Of a stretch of DNA of 64,000 nucleotides, positions 49,536 through 62,094 are shown one piece after another. The notes beneath the pieces were generated by a model that worked only from the letters and a program-made list of their open reading frames with translations, made no database searches and was not told the origin of the DNA. Origin of the DNA: Neolecta irregularis DAH-3 (taxonomy: Eukaryota); the NCBI GenBank assembly GCA_001929475.1, contig LXFE01000167.1:1-64000 (forward strand), read 5' to 3'. Position numbers and translations under genes: made by a program. Within the stretch, counting starts at the first letter, position 1; each line of letters begins with the position of its first letter.

Positions 49536-51823
49536 ATGCTTCGCCGAAACCAGAATTCTGCATCTTATTTGCGAACAGCCTTATCCATTCTCTACCCTCT
49601 AGTTTCTCCTACCTCGTTTGTTTGTTCAAAATGTCAACGCCGGTCCCGTTCAACTCAAAAATTGTCAAAGTCTTCCTTACTCCTGAGAAACATCAAGGCT
49701 CTCGAAGACAAGATTGAAAGTCTACAGGAACGTCTAAAGTTACATGAGAAGACACAAAAGATCGAACTCGAGGTATAATTTTCCACTCGAAAAAATCAAA
49801 CATTTTTGTAGACTGCAAATCTTTTGATAACCGATGAAGCACTAGACCAAGCATATGCAACTCTGAATGCTTCCAAATCTCAACAAGTTCCTGCTTTGCC
49901 GCAGCCTTTTGGGGACACAAAAGTTGCAATGCTGATAAGAAATCGTTTGAAGACTTGTTTCGACTTTTCGACCTCTGGGGATCCGGATTGGATACCATTT
50001 TTCGACCTTCTTGCCCAAAACGATGGGTTTAAAGGACTCAATATCGATCAAGTAAATCGGTTTCTTCATTATGTCCCATCGATGGAAAGAGGTAGTTTGG
50101 TAGACATTTCTCTTCAGATGTTGAAGGTATGGATTGTGGTTTTATGCGATCTCAACCCTCCTAGTCTCAAAAGCTAGAACCTGATATACTTACCCACGAT
50201 CTTTTCCTTGATGGATTAGCGGAATCAAAGCAGGTTTGCAAAGCTGAACAAATGTTCAGGGCATTGAAAAAAGGTATTATTTGAAACTGCAATCTTGGCC
50301 TAATCTCTAGGATCGTTAACACCCACTATATATACATATGCACATATGTTGAAGTTGTATTCAAGAATTCCCGACTTAAAATCAGCTTCCAGACTATTCA
50401 ACGAAATGCAAGAAGCGCAAGTAACGCCAAATTTAGTATGCCTTCACCAATTGTTGATCTAATGCCATAGACGGCTTATACTACACTGATTGCTACAGCT
50501 ATTCGAGCAAAGTATCCTCAAGAAGCTTGGAAAATTTTTGACCTCGTAAAATTTCGCGGCGGCAGCGATCTTCCAGACGACAAAACTTATTCATTAATGA
50601 TTCACGCATGTGCTCAAACCGGCGAAGCTGAACGAGCTTTTGATCTTTTGGAAGAAATGACAACACGTCCCTTGAACCCGCTGACACCAACTAATCAAAC
50701 TTTCAATGCTTTGCTTCATGCATGCGCTGTACGTAAAGACTACTTTCATGAGGTTTGGAAAGTAGTCGATCGTATTCAGGAATCTGGCTTCAAGCTCGAT
50801 TTGTTCACATGGAACAGCTTGTTGCAGGCATGCGGAAAAAATGGAGAACTGGACCGAGCGCGAATTATCCTCCGCAAGATGACGGAAATGTATGCTTCCG
50901 TAACGATTCATTCAGCTGGCTGAAAGAACAGGGGCCGTGTCGATCCAAATTATGCTCCAAATGAAATATCATATCAGCACATTTTTCGCGCCTATGCCAC
51001 TACTAAAGGTGAACTAAAGAAAAGCACGAGAAGAAAAGCTGCCAAGGCCACTTCTCCGAGTGTAATTTTTCATATTACGAAATCTCAAGGCCAGGTCGAT
51101 CTCATTCTAATTTTCGCAGAGCAGTCACCAACAACGCAAGGCGATATTATCGAAGAATCGTGGCAGGTATATCAGTACATACAACAGACTCACCCCGAAT
51201 ACATTTCAACACAGCTGACCAACGCCCTCCTCTCTGTTCCAGTCTCACATCAACTCTTTTCCAAATTCAAGCAGTACTATGATATTCTTTATTCTGATAA
51301 TCCATTGAACCACCTTCCAATGAGAAATGCATATACATATGACATTGCTTTGCAAGCAGCATATGGTGCCAAGGCAGAAATATTTGCCCAATCCATATGG
51401 GATGCTCGGGGACATTGGAGGAGAAGGGAAAAACAATCACCTACAATATCTAAGGAGGAGCTTTACAAGAAAGACTTTGATGCGGCTCGAACGATGATTG
51501 GAACACTGTCACGATGTAACAATCTTGATGAAGCTTGCAAACTACTCCGATCAAGCGAACGGTTATTTGCTTGGACACGAAGTCACTTGACCACGATGTA
51601 TGTCAAATCCGTGCAAAACAACCATCAAGAAGCTCGGCAACTAGTCTTGCGAGTGGTCAATTCTAGACCACAATCCGAAGAAGAGATTGTTCAAGGACCT
51701 AAATGGGCTATATGGAAACGATCACGATCACATTCTGTGGCTTCACCACCTGAAGAAAAATCGCGCAGACCTTTGAGGAAGAACAACAGACTCCAAAGTG
51801 GAATTTCGCTAGAATTCATGTGA
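49536..51823 (+). CDS. Mitochondrial PPR protein, Ccm1/Dmr1-like
   Basis: TYSLMIHACAQTGEAERAFDLLEEM...TFNALLHACAVRKDY...TWNSLLQACGKNGELDRAR. Confidence 0.75.
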
Positions 51824-52019
51824 ATCGCTATTGGTGCTATCGAGTGAAGCAGAAGGGGAGAGCTGTGTTTATGTAGGAGGGGATCAAATCCGGCCTCGAT
51901 TATGTCCGAATAGATCGTCGATGGACGCCCAACTTCCTGGATTGTCAATTTGTCAACATCCGCTTTTGGACTTGTCGCTTTTTTCATTCTATCCGACATC
52001 GACTAGTAAATTTTAAGTT

Positions 52020-54009
52020 ATGGGACTTTTTCCAAGGCGCAAGAGTCATGCCACTCTACCAAAGATCCAAGCGGAGGCACAATCACCAAATCGATCTCCC
52101 TCAATATCTTTATTATCAATCAAAAGGTCTGGTAGCGACCCGCCTTTTCACACTCCATCAACAAGTCCTGTATCCACATCTTCGCCTCGGATTCTTTCCC
52201 AAGGGACCCCTTTGAAACCCAAATTAATGAGCTTGAAACGAGGCAGTTTGAGACTTGCTAGAAGAGCAGCCGTTTCCACATCTAATTCTACAAATTCACC
52301 AACTACTAGTCGAAGAAGTTCGAGAATCAGTTTGGGATCACTTCGTCCCTTGTCTATTGGAAGAGACCCTCGAGAATCGAAACATGGCGATCCCTCTTCC
52401 CAGATTTCCCCAACAAAGATGATCCTTGATGCATCCCAGGCCATTTTAAATGCTGTTGTGGAAATCCCTTTGGCGCCAGATCTTTTAGACGTTACTAGTG
52501 ATTATACGGTTCCAAATCCAAGTAGCGATACTCCAGCCACCCCAAGTTTTCCCGTCTCCAAAGTAGACATCCAGAAGCCTTTAGAACATTTGGAAACCGA
52601 CCTCTTCATTAAACCTCTTTTTCCTGTTATCGAACAGGACCCGATTCTAGAGCAAGAATCGACTTCAGAAAACACGAAAATAGCCTCACAGTATGAGATT
52701 CAAGATCAAAACACGAACATTCTGTCACAGGAAGAGACTCAAGATCAAGATATGAAAATAGTGTCCCAGGATAAAAACACGAAAATGGTGTCACAGGAAG
52801 AGAGTCAAGATGAAAACACCGAAATTCCTCAGCGCAGTTGCACAGTGATCGCTAGTCCTTCTGGAGTTTTCAGCAAAGGACAACTAAATGGAAGATCTAC
52901 ACCTAAATCTAGGTCCCGCTTTCATATATGCTCTGGGAGACTAGAGCGAAGATCTTCTTTAAGTCAAATATGGCCTATGGAATCTCAACGCCCTCTCTTG
53001 GTGCGTAGAAACAGTGCTCCACCGGCGAAGGCGGCCAGTCTTCTTACTCACCCAGTAACTCAGGCCAATGTTGAAAACACATCTACTTCAAGTATTGGAG
53101 CAACTGACGCCCACTTTTCAACAGTAAACTTTTACCAATACGCAATTTGTAAGGGGTATTATATGAGCATGTTTACGTTGTTCCTGAGTTTCTAGAAGAG
53201 TAACCTTTTCACCCGGATACAAGGTGTTAGAACGGTCGGGGTCCAGGATACTTGATGTTACTGTGAACGGCCAGTGTAAGTGTTTCCAAGATGTTTTGCT
53301 AATTTTTGAAGCGCATTCATTCTTTTTATCAGCCGCGATATATCATCCCCACTCACAAATTTATGCTGTGACAATAGGACCCATCCTCGATCCTTCGCAT
53401 AGGCCTTCAAATTTCATGCGTTTTGATTCAGTGCAAGATCTTTCTCGACTTCCGTATGAAGATAACTTCTTTGACTTGATTTCTGCGAGACGTCTATATT
53501 CGATGGTACAGAAAGGTGAATGGAAACCTTGCTTGAAGGAATTCCTTCGTGTGTTGCGACCTGGAGTAAGTAATTTGGATTTCTTGTACCTAATCGATTA
53601 GGGATACCTGGAAGTAGCTTGCGTGGATGTTCACTATGTCAATCGAGGGCCCAAAGTGCGCGAATACAACCGTCGTTTTTCGGCAGCGCTTCTAAAAAAC
53701 AACGTTGAGCCCAATCCATCACGCCATCTTACTGCTTTCATGAATAGTGTTGGCTTTGTCGCTGTTCATAGAGTATTGATGGGATTGCCTATTCAATGGG
53801 GTGGCCGTCTCTCGGATTTAATGAGTCGATCGAGTGATTTAATCATACGAGAATGGGAGGAGTGTGATAGGTATAAAAACATTTGGGAACCACATGAAAC
53901 GTGGGAATTTCGGTGTCAACAAATACGGATCGAGTGTCTCTCAAACAGAATCTGTCGACCCTGGATCTTTGCCTATGGCGTGAAGCCTGAGAAATATGAA
54001 ACAATATAA
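52020..54009 (+). CDS. Long disordered N-terminus plus a class I SAM-methyltransferase-like domain
   Basis: SRILDV, DLSRLPYEDNFFDLISARR, EWKPCLKEFLRVLRPGGYLE. Confidence 0.75.
52651..52830 (+). repeat. Imperfect coding tandem repeat (about 9-13 aa units, QD.NT.I.SQEE)
   Basis: ENTKIASQYEIQDQNTNILSQEETQDQDMKIVSQDKNTKMVSQEESQDENTEI. Confidence 0.8.
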
Positions 54010-54019
54010 ACATGGTATT

Positions 54020-54034
54020 TTAGGGTTAGGGTTA
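54020..54034 (+). repeat. Short interstitial TTAGGGTTAGGGTTA
   Basis: Two and a half perfect TTAGGG units 10 nt downstream of a stop codon. Confidence 0.6.
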
Positions 54035-54334
54035 ATTGACCGAGTTAAAATTGATAAAAGTATAATATCATCCTCAGATCGTGAATGTTGGAGGGTTTTT
54101 CAATCTGAGAATAGCCGAGGATAACGAGCTCGACGAGCCGAGCGCAACGGTACTAAAATCGTTGCGATCTAAGGAAAATCGACAGGCCTGAAGCATTTGA
54201 AAGTAAACTACTTAGATTGAACTTCAGGACATGAAAAATGAACGTTTTTTCATCGGACGAAATCCGAAAATAAGGAGTTCGCCAGATCAGATCAAAATTG
54301 AGAAGTTATAATTGATAAAAATAATGAAATATAA

Positions 54335-54520
54335 GTCAGCCTCATCCCTAACAAAGAGAGTGGCAATACCGTTGACACTTGATCGATCTCTCTTTCCGCA
54401 AGAAGAGCTCTAAAGCTCAAAGAGGAAGTCAACCTCGTCACTGACAAACAGAGCAGTAATATCCTCACAGCGCGATCGATCGAATGCTCTGCAAGAAGAG
54501 CTAATGAGCTCAATGAGGAG
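54335..54520 (+). pseudogene. Decayed 2 x 93-bp (31-codon) repeat ORF relic
   Basis: VSLIPNKESGNTVDT*SISLSARRALKLKEE versus VNLVTDKQSSNILTARSIECSARRANELNEE. The TGA at 54380 aligns with CGA in copy 2. Confidence 0.5.
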
Positions 54521-55260
54521 ATGTGCGGAACGGATGGGGGTCCGTAGAGGAAGGAGCGAATAGGCAGCAGCGAACTGCGCCTCGAGGAATTACTACTTAA
54601 GTAGGTCCACGTCTGGCTAGCAGAGGGACTTTAATCCTGTAAATTGATTATAAAAGGAGTTGTTACCTTCACTCAAAGTAGCTGCCGCACTATCAACATA
54701 CCAACCTAAGTCCACGAGCGACAAAAAGGAACACCTGAACGCTCACACTGGTGAAAATATTTCTAACAGTATCCTCAAACACATATTACGTGTATGCTTT
54801 TTGTGTAACTATATATCATATCAAAAATTTCCATGATTTCTGAACGTTTGCAGACTTGTATAACCTAGTGACATTTGTGTAACCATGTGTGATATTAAAT
54901 ATGATCGAGATTTTGAGAATGGTTGCTAAGCTGAAAAAGTGTAGGGCATTCAACTTAGAACCAATCTATAATATAAGTAGATACAAGAGAAAATGTAAGA
55001 TGCAGCTAAGAATGACAACTATATGACAAAGAAAGGCCCTGAGTTAATCTAAGGGTAAGAACAACAACACAATAAGTGAATAGCATAATAGAGTAATAGA
55101 AGTAGAGAGGAAGAAATACTATTCAGTATATGAGGTCACACCTATAGTTTCCCGGAATAATATATCACTCACCCACTGACTATAACAAGGCTGTTTTTTT
55201 CAAATACATAAGCAGGCCATTTTCCTACTAAAGGGGATAATCTTCATCATTTGTGGACGC

Positions 55261-57003
55261 TCAAAGAGCACGCCCACCTAAAATTTCCACTTTTAGCTTT
55301 GCCATAGCTTCTTTGTAAAGTGTCGGACACCTTTCGTCAATTTTGCCATCTGCCCATTCTACCTCGTTACTTCTTCCAATGCCATTGACGATAGACTGCT
55401 CGACCCATTTCTCCTGACCTTTTTCTACCAAGGTCAAAGCCAACCCATCTTTTCCAGCTCGAGCAGTCCTTCCAACACGATGCACATACTGTCCGATATC
55501 TCGGGGCAGGTCGTAGTTGATCACGCGTTGTACTTGTAAATCGATTCCTCGTGCCATTAAATCGGTGCATATTAAAACATGAATTGAACCGCCAGAAAAT
55601 TTTGATAGAAGCGGTTTTCGTGATGCATTATCAGAGGAATACAGCCCTGACTGAATATCGCAATATGAAAGCAACTTGTGGAGGCGGGAGGCTGTATCGG
55701 TCGACTTTGCAAATACCAGAACAGATGGCTGATTTTGTAGAAGGCTAAACAGATGTAGGGGTTTTGCATCCGTTGACACTCTGTAAAACTTTTCGCATAA
55801 GGTAGATGGAAGATACGATATTAGGTCGTCATCTTTCATTCTGACATCTGAGATTATCATCCTCGGGAATGAGAGTTTCAAGCCCGTTAAGCTTTCAAGA
55901 TTTCGAGTTTGAGTGGCAGAAAATATCATTTTTCTACATTTTAAAGAATGTGGGTTGGAGAGAATAGTATCATCAAATAGAGTCAAAAATGATTCAGATA
56001 CCACTGAGTTTGATGAGAGCGATGGCGAGTGGATTGCCGAGATGACGATGGCGACCCAATTTTGAAATCGTGAGTGTAGCAAACGATCTGCTTCGTCAAT
56101 GATTAAGTACTGGAGATGCTGAAGCGAGAAGAAAGGAGTCGATTCAATATGGGAAACAAGGCGTCCTGGCGTTGTGATGACTATATCGAGACTTCAGATC
56201 AGCCAAGGATACTGATGATGTAAAAAACCCAGGGAAAGACTCTTGCTCCGTGACAAAAGACTTAATTCCAAAAGTGCCAACCTAAAACATTAACTGCAAC
56301 TACAAAAGGAGATAATACAAGTAATCCACTTCCTCCAGCGAAAAACTCCATTACTCGATGAATTTGCATAACGAGTTCCTTCGTAGGAACCAGAATCAAA
56401 GCACGTATCCTGGGGACAGTCCGACTGGACAACGCCTAATGTCATCAGCAACTGTGTTTCTGTAAGAAGTCTCGCTTCAATAACAGGAATCCCATAACTC
56501 AGTGTTTTACCACTACCTGTTGGTGCACAAATACACAAATCTCCTGGCTCTTTCAGCAAATTCCACACTTTTGCCTGCACTGCGAATGCAAATTCCAGCT
56601 TTTCTTGCCTCAGCCTTGATAATAACCGGGACGAGATAGCAAGATCAGAAAAAAGTATGGGTTCATTTGCATCTAGAATAATCGGATGGCGAAGCCACTC
56701 TGGCAGACCTGCCGAGCTATCAAGTTTTACGAATGCAGCTTGAGATGACTCGAGAGATAAATCTGGAAACGCTTCAAGATCACCGCTCGGTGCTGTCTCC
56801 TGTTCAGCCTCAATTGTTTTGGGTTCCTTGGCAATTTTCTCTTGCTGAGATGAATGAAATTTCGCGGTTTGAGCATCTGAAAGCCCATTGTCGTCAACTT
56901 CTACCTCTTGGTCTCTATTTCCATCGCCATAGTCCTTTCGCTTCCTCTTTTGATTCAGTTTGTGCGGAATCTTCTTGTCTTTGGTTTTCACTGATGCAGC
57001 CAT
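55261..57003 (-). CDS. DBP6: DEAD-box RNA helicase Dbp6/DDX51 (3 introns, one GC-AG)
   Basis: [72 protein letters not shown]. Confidence 0.9.
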
Positions 57004-57084
57004 CTATTCTTCTTCACAAAGAAGCGTAAATGAGATGGATGCTATTGGCTTTTCATGACATCCCCAACCGACATCTGGTTTCCC

Positions 57085-57092
57085 TCACGTGA
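57085..57092. promoter_or_regulatory. TCACGTGA element, followed by ATTGG (CCAAT box), in the DBP6/SDA1 divergent promoter
   Basis: 8-bp palindrome near the middle of a 150-nt ATG-to-ATG gap. Confidence 0.55.
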
Positions 57093-57153
57093 TTGGTAAC
57101 TCGCCTCTAAAATATTTCCTATCGGCCAAGGACCTTGCCATTGATTCGACGGA

Positions 57154-59476
57154 ATGGTCAAACGTTCTCGTGCAGCGTTGTTGCCGACGAACCTACCGCA
57201 TCTACAGAACCTCACAAAGCGAGATCCACTATCATATACTGAAGAATTTCGTCAACAATGGAATCACTACTTAGCGACTCTAGATGTTTTCCTTGCAAAC
57301 CCCACAGAAAACGCCGATAGTTTCGCTGAAGTCGTAGGCTTCATCGCACAGGTAGCTACTTGCTTTCCTGTGGAAACATCAGACTTTCCTCATGATCTTG
57401 TACGTTTGCTCAAAACACACCATGAAATGCTACTACCAGAACTGCGCGAAAAACTTGTCAAATCTCTCGTAATGCTGCGAAATAAAGGGGTGATAGATTC
57501 CCTCACTCTCTTGCAGTCACTTTTCCCTCTTTTAATCGCTACCCATTCAAAGACACTTCGTCAGCATCTCTATGCGACTATCTCCTCAGATATCCGAACT
57601 TCAAACTCGAAGGCCAAAAACCATAAACTCAACGGAACCATCCAGAGCATGTTGTTTAATCTTCTCGCAGAGCAAATTCCCTCTGGGGTTTGGGCGACAA
57701 AGCTTGTCAGGGAGATGTGGAGGAGAAATATCTGGAATGATTCCCGAACTGTGGAAATTATGAAAGAAGCTTCGCTGCATTCTAATACAAGGATTGTGGT
57801 GGGTGGGGTGCGATTCTTTTTGGGACATGATGAGGAGGAAAGCGATGAAGAAGAAGATTCTATCGACGTTAAACGGCTTATCCATCAGGCTGGCATCAAT
57901 AAGAAAAATCACGGTCGCGATAGTAAAATTTCCAAAGCAATTGCTACTGTCAAAAAAGGACCACCCTTACTCTTCCTTTGCTAACAATGCAGCGTGAGAA
58001 GAAGAAAAATAAAGGCGATCTATTCAACTTCTCTGCCTTACACATATTAAACAATCCTCAAGGATTTGCAGAGTCTTTATTCACAAAGCACCTATCGAAG
58101 TCTACAAAACTGTCATTAGAACATAGACTTCTTGTTCTACAACTTCTATCACGATTAATCGGCGTTCACAAACTTACCATATTAGGTGTATATTCGTATC
58201 TACAAAAGTAAGCACTCATAGCAGATGTTAACTTATATCAATAGATATCTCACTCCTCACCAACGAGATGTCACTCATTTTCTTGCTTGCGTAGCTCAGG
58301 CGAGCCACGAATTTATTCCACCTGATGTTATTAGTCCTGTTATTAGAAAAATTGCGGATGAATTTGTCACAGGCGGTGTTGCTAGCGAAGTCGTCTGTGC
58401 TGGGTTTGCTGATTTTCAAATTCACAATTGACAGAAGCCTGAATGCAATTAGAGAGATTTGTGCCCGTTCGCCTTTGTCCCTTTCCGAAGATATGTTGCA
58501 GGATCTCACTGAATACAAGTCTTCGAAGGATAAAGGTGTGATGATGGCTTCGCGAAGCTTAATTGGGCTCTATCGAACGGTTGCTCCGGAAATGCTCAAG
58601 CGGAGAGACCGAGGGAAAATAGTTAGCATGGGAATGGAAAATAGTGCCGCAAATTGGAGGTTTGGGGATGAGCGTGGCGTTCAAAGGGGTATAGATGGAT
58701 TGGAACTTCTCGAGACAGAAGGTATTGAAGCTGAAATCGATGACGAAAAAGGTAAGAACATTGTTTCCTATTAATTCTAACTGTAGGATGGGAAAAGTGG
58801 AATGTTGAAAAAGATGCAAGCGATAGCGATGGGTCAAGCGGCTGGATCAATGTCGGAAGTGACAACATTGATATCAATATTTCGGACAGTGACGATGAAA
58901 CACAAAATGCTGAAGGCGATCAAGATACCGAGAGCAATGTGAAGCTAACAGGAACTGAAGGGCTTCACAGTATCGCAACAACGAGGGTATCTGGTCCATC
59001 CTTGATAGGCTAATCATAGATACTCACACCTGCCGATTTTGCAAGACTGTCTGAGCTCCGTGAAAAGTCTGCCGTCGATAGGCAGTTAGGAAAGCCTTCC
59101 AAGTAATTTTCTTTCGTATTTATTACTTATTCATCAGGCGTCTACCGGAATTAGAATTTGTGGATAACACAGCTATTGAGGGCCCTCGAAAGAAAGTCAG
59201 AGCGACATATGCTGAGCGAATGCAGAGTGTACAAGAAGGGCGAGAAGGCCGGGAGAAGTTCGGTAGTCGAAAAGGAAATCGAGAAGAGAACGGCAGGAGC
59301 ACCACTAATCGACAAAAAGCATTGTTTCCCCATTCTTAGTCTGCTAACGGTGTCAGGCCCGTAAGAAGAACTTCATGATGATTGTGCACAAGAAGGAAGT
59401 CAAAGGCAAAGTAAAGGTATCGCTTATGGATAAACAAAAAGCCCTGCGAGATCATAAAGTGAAGAAGTCGAAATAG
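57154..59476 (+). CDS. SDA1: Sda1, 60S subunit biogenesis protein
   Basis: MVKRSRAALLPTNLPHLQNLTKRDPLSYTEEF, FNFSALHILNNPQGFAE, YLTPHQRDVT, STTNRQKARKKNFMM. Confidence 0.96.
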
Positions 59477-59566
59477 ACGACAGTTATTATTATACATGCA
59501 CAAAAATGAAACCACCAGTAGACTCTTGAAATTTGTCTATAGCTTTATTTTGCTTTCGGCGTTTTA

Positions 59567-61948
59567 TCAACGCCTTAACGACTTTTTCTGAGGTTTCTTT
59601 TTAGAATCCGTTCGATCACATGTTGTCTTCTTGTAGCTTCGTTTCTCCACAGCAAGCATCTTCTTCCGTTTCTTGCTGCTCAATTTTTCTTTCGACTTCG
59701 TAGGACCATTTACTTTCGCTAAGGATTAGTCCACGAAAAGTAAGATGTGAGACCATCGGAGACTTTCTTATCGTTTGCTTTTAAAAACCATGTCCTTGCA
59801 GGGCGACTCCTTATCTCGGCTTCATGTTTGACGAAATTCTCACCCTTCTGAAGCTCCATTTCGGCCTGGCAAAGCTATATGTTGGTTAATTTCTTGTAGA
59901 GTTTAGAATACAGCCTTCTCTTCTTTCTCTTCCACTAAAGTTGCGTCCACATCTTCCGCCAACTTTGCTAAACGGACAGCCCATTTTTCCAGTCCCGTTG
60001 CATCCAGAGTTCGACTTCTGACATCGCCCTTTTGAGCGTCGGCGCTCTTGACTGCAAGTTTAACAATTTTACGGTCAGCTTCCCCAGCAAGGGTAACCGC
60101 GCAACCATTTCGTCCAGCTCGAGCAGTTCGACCCACCCTATGGAGATACATATCGTGTGACTGCGGTGCCTCGTAGTTAATGACAACATCAATCCCTTTG
60201 ATATCGAGACCACGCGATGCAAGATCGGTGGCGAGCAAAAAGTCAACTCTCCCATCTCGGAACTGCTCTAATGCAGTAACTCGTTGTTCTTGGGATAGAG
60301 AACCGTGGAGATCGGCAGCCTTAAACCCCAAAAGTCCAAAAATAATGCGCATACGGTGAGCCATAACTTTGGATCTGAAAAAGACAAGAACTCTATTCTT
60401 GTAGATAGATGAAGCAAGCAACAAAAGCATGGCCGAACGCAAGTGTTCTTTCTGCGGTCTTATTCGAATGAATTCCTGGGTTAAAGAGGAGGCAACACTA
60501 TGCTTGGGATCGACGAGCAGACGGACAGGCTTATTGAGAGAAAGTCGAATAAGGCTGTCAATCTGCCAGGATTAGTACGCGACTATGAACACCCGCTGGT
60601 ACATCTTCTGTCATTGTCGCAGAGAATAACATTGTCTGCCGCGACTTGGGACAAAGTCGTATGATTTCGTCAAGTTCTTTGGCAAAACCATCCTCAAGCA
60701 TCCTTTAGACTTGAGTAAATTCTTGAGAAGATTACATACCGATCGGCTTCGTCTATGACCATGATTTCGATATTTTCGATCGTAAAGCCGGTCGAGTTGC
60801 GAGCATGATCAATAAATCGTCCAGGAGTGGCAATAACAACGTCTGGCTTTTTCCGCAAGTCAAGCTCCTGAGTCTTTAGAGACAGCCCGCCCAAAATGTC
60901 AGTTTCTACGGGAAACTTGGTAACAAACCCACACAAAGGCAGAAAGTCACATCGGTGTAAGTGGCTAGACGAATAGCTACACTGTGGCATTGCATAGCCA
61001 ACTCTCGGGTTGGGCACATGATCAATACCCTTGAAGTGGGTACTTTCTTGGGCCGGTATAAGAGCCGTTCAAGTATGGGGACAATGAAAGCTGCAGTTTT
61101 CCCAGAACCTGTGACTGCACCACCCACAACATCTTTCCCAAGAAGTGCAATAGGTATAGTCTTCTGCTGAATTACCGTCGGTGTAGAGAAACCAACAGAG
61201 GATAGACCCTTCAAGATTGGTCTCGATAAATTCATATTGTTGAAGGATGTAACCGTGACATTGCTATCTTCGGATGGACCTGCAAAGTACTCCTGTCTTC
61301 GCGCGGTTTCTTCTGCAGTTTCAGGTTCTGATCCTGAAGCAATGTCATCAGGATGTTCGAAGGGAACTGCTATTGACCCATCAGAGTCCGAGTTACGATC
61401 TTCGTCGATATCTTCTTCCGAAATTTCATCAGGTTCATCCCTAGTTTTGACGCCCATTCCAAACCCGTCTGCCGCTAAGCCATTAGATTAATTCAAATAT
61501 TGTTCATGCCGATATCTTCATCATCAAGAGCAAAGTTTCCAAATGCCTCGCTCTCATCTTCCCATTCATATGATATCTCATCACTAACTTCTGGACCGTG
61601 TTCTTCAACAGATTCTATGAGGAGATGTGTTCCTTGAGCTGATCGATGTCGCTTAATGATGTCCTCGATGTTGATATCTTTTTTTCTCTTGGTCTTCATT
61701 GCATCCTTTGCCTTATCAAATCCCCACTCCTGCATAGTCCCTAGATCCTGTCTTCCATATCCCGCAGCATCGAAGTCAAAATCTAGGTCGATATCTGCAC
61801 ATTTTCTCTTCTTGGTGGCATTTTCCTCAGGGAGCACTTCATGGCTCGAGTCCTCGCTTGCAGATAGCTCGGACTCTTCGTCGTCCTCTATAGTCAAAAC
61901 AAAGTCATCAGCCTTTGCGCGCAGTTTTCTGGACGTATTTGTAGACAT
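59567..61948 (-). CDS. DRS1: DEAD-box RNA helicase Drs1/DDX27 (one GC-AG and one apparent GT-GG intron)
   Basis: [77 protein letters not shown]. Confidence 0.95.
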
Positions 61949-62094
61949 TAATGGAAACTAGCATGAATTTTATTTTTGTTTCAAGTCTCGGTTTGGTCAC
62001 GCCGAATTGTCTACAACATCGAACTTTGGCAGAGAAGGAAACACTCATAGCTTCAGGCTAACAAAGCCTTCCGATCATCCTCGGATTCTTATTC

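Noticed and set aside
11409-56212. Other RTATCCTT matches (near 11410, 35780, 56205) as U12 donors
   Set aside because: They fall within coding sequence or in the interior of an ordinary intron.
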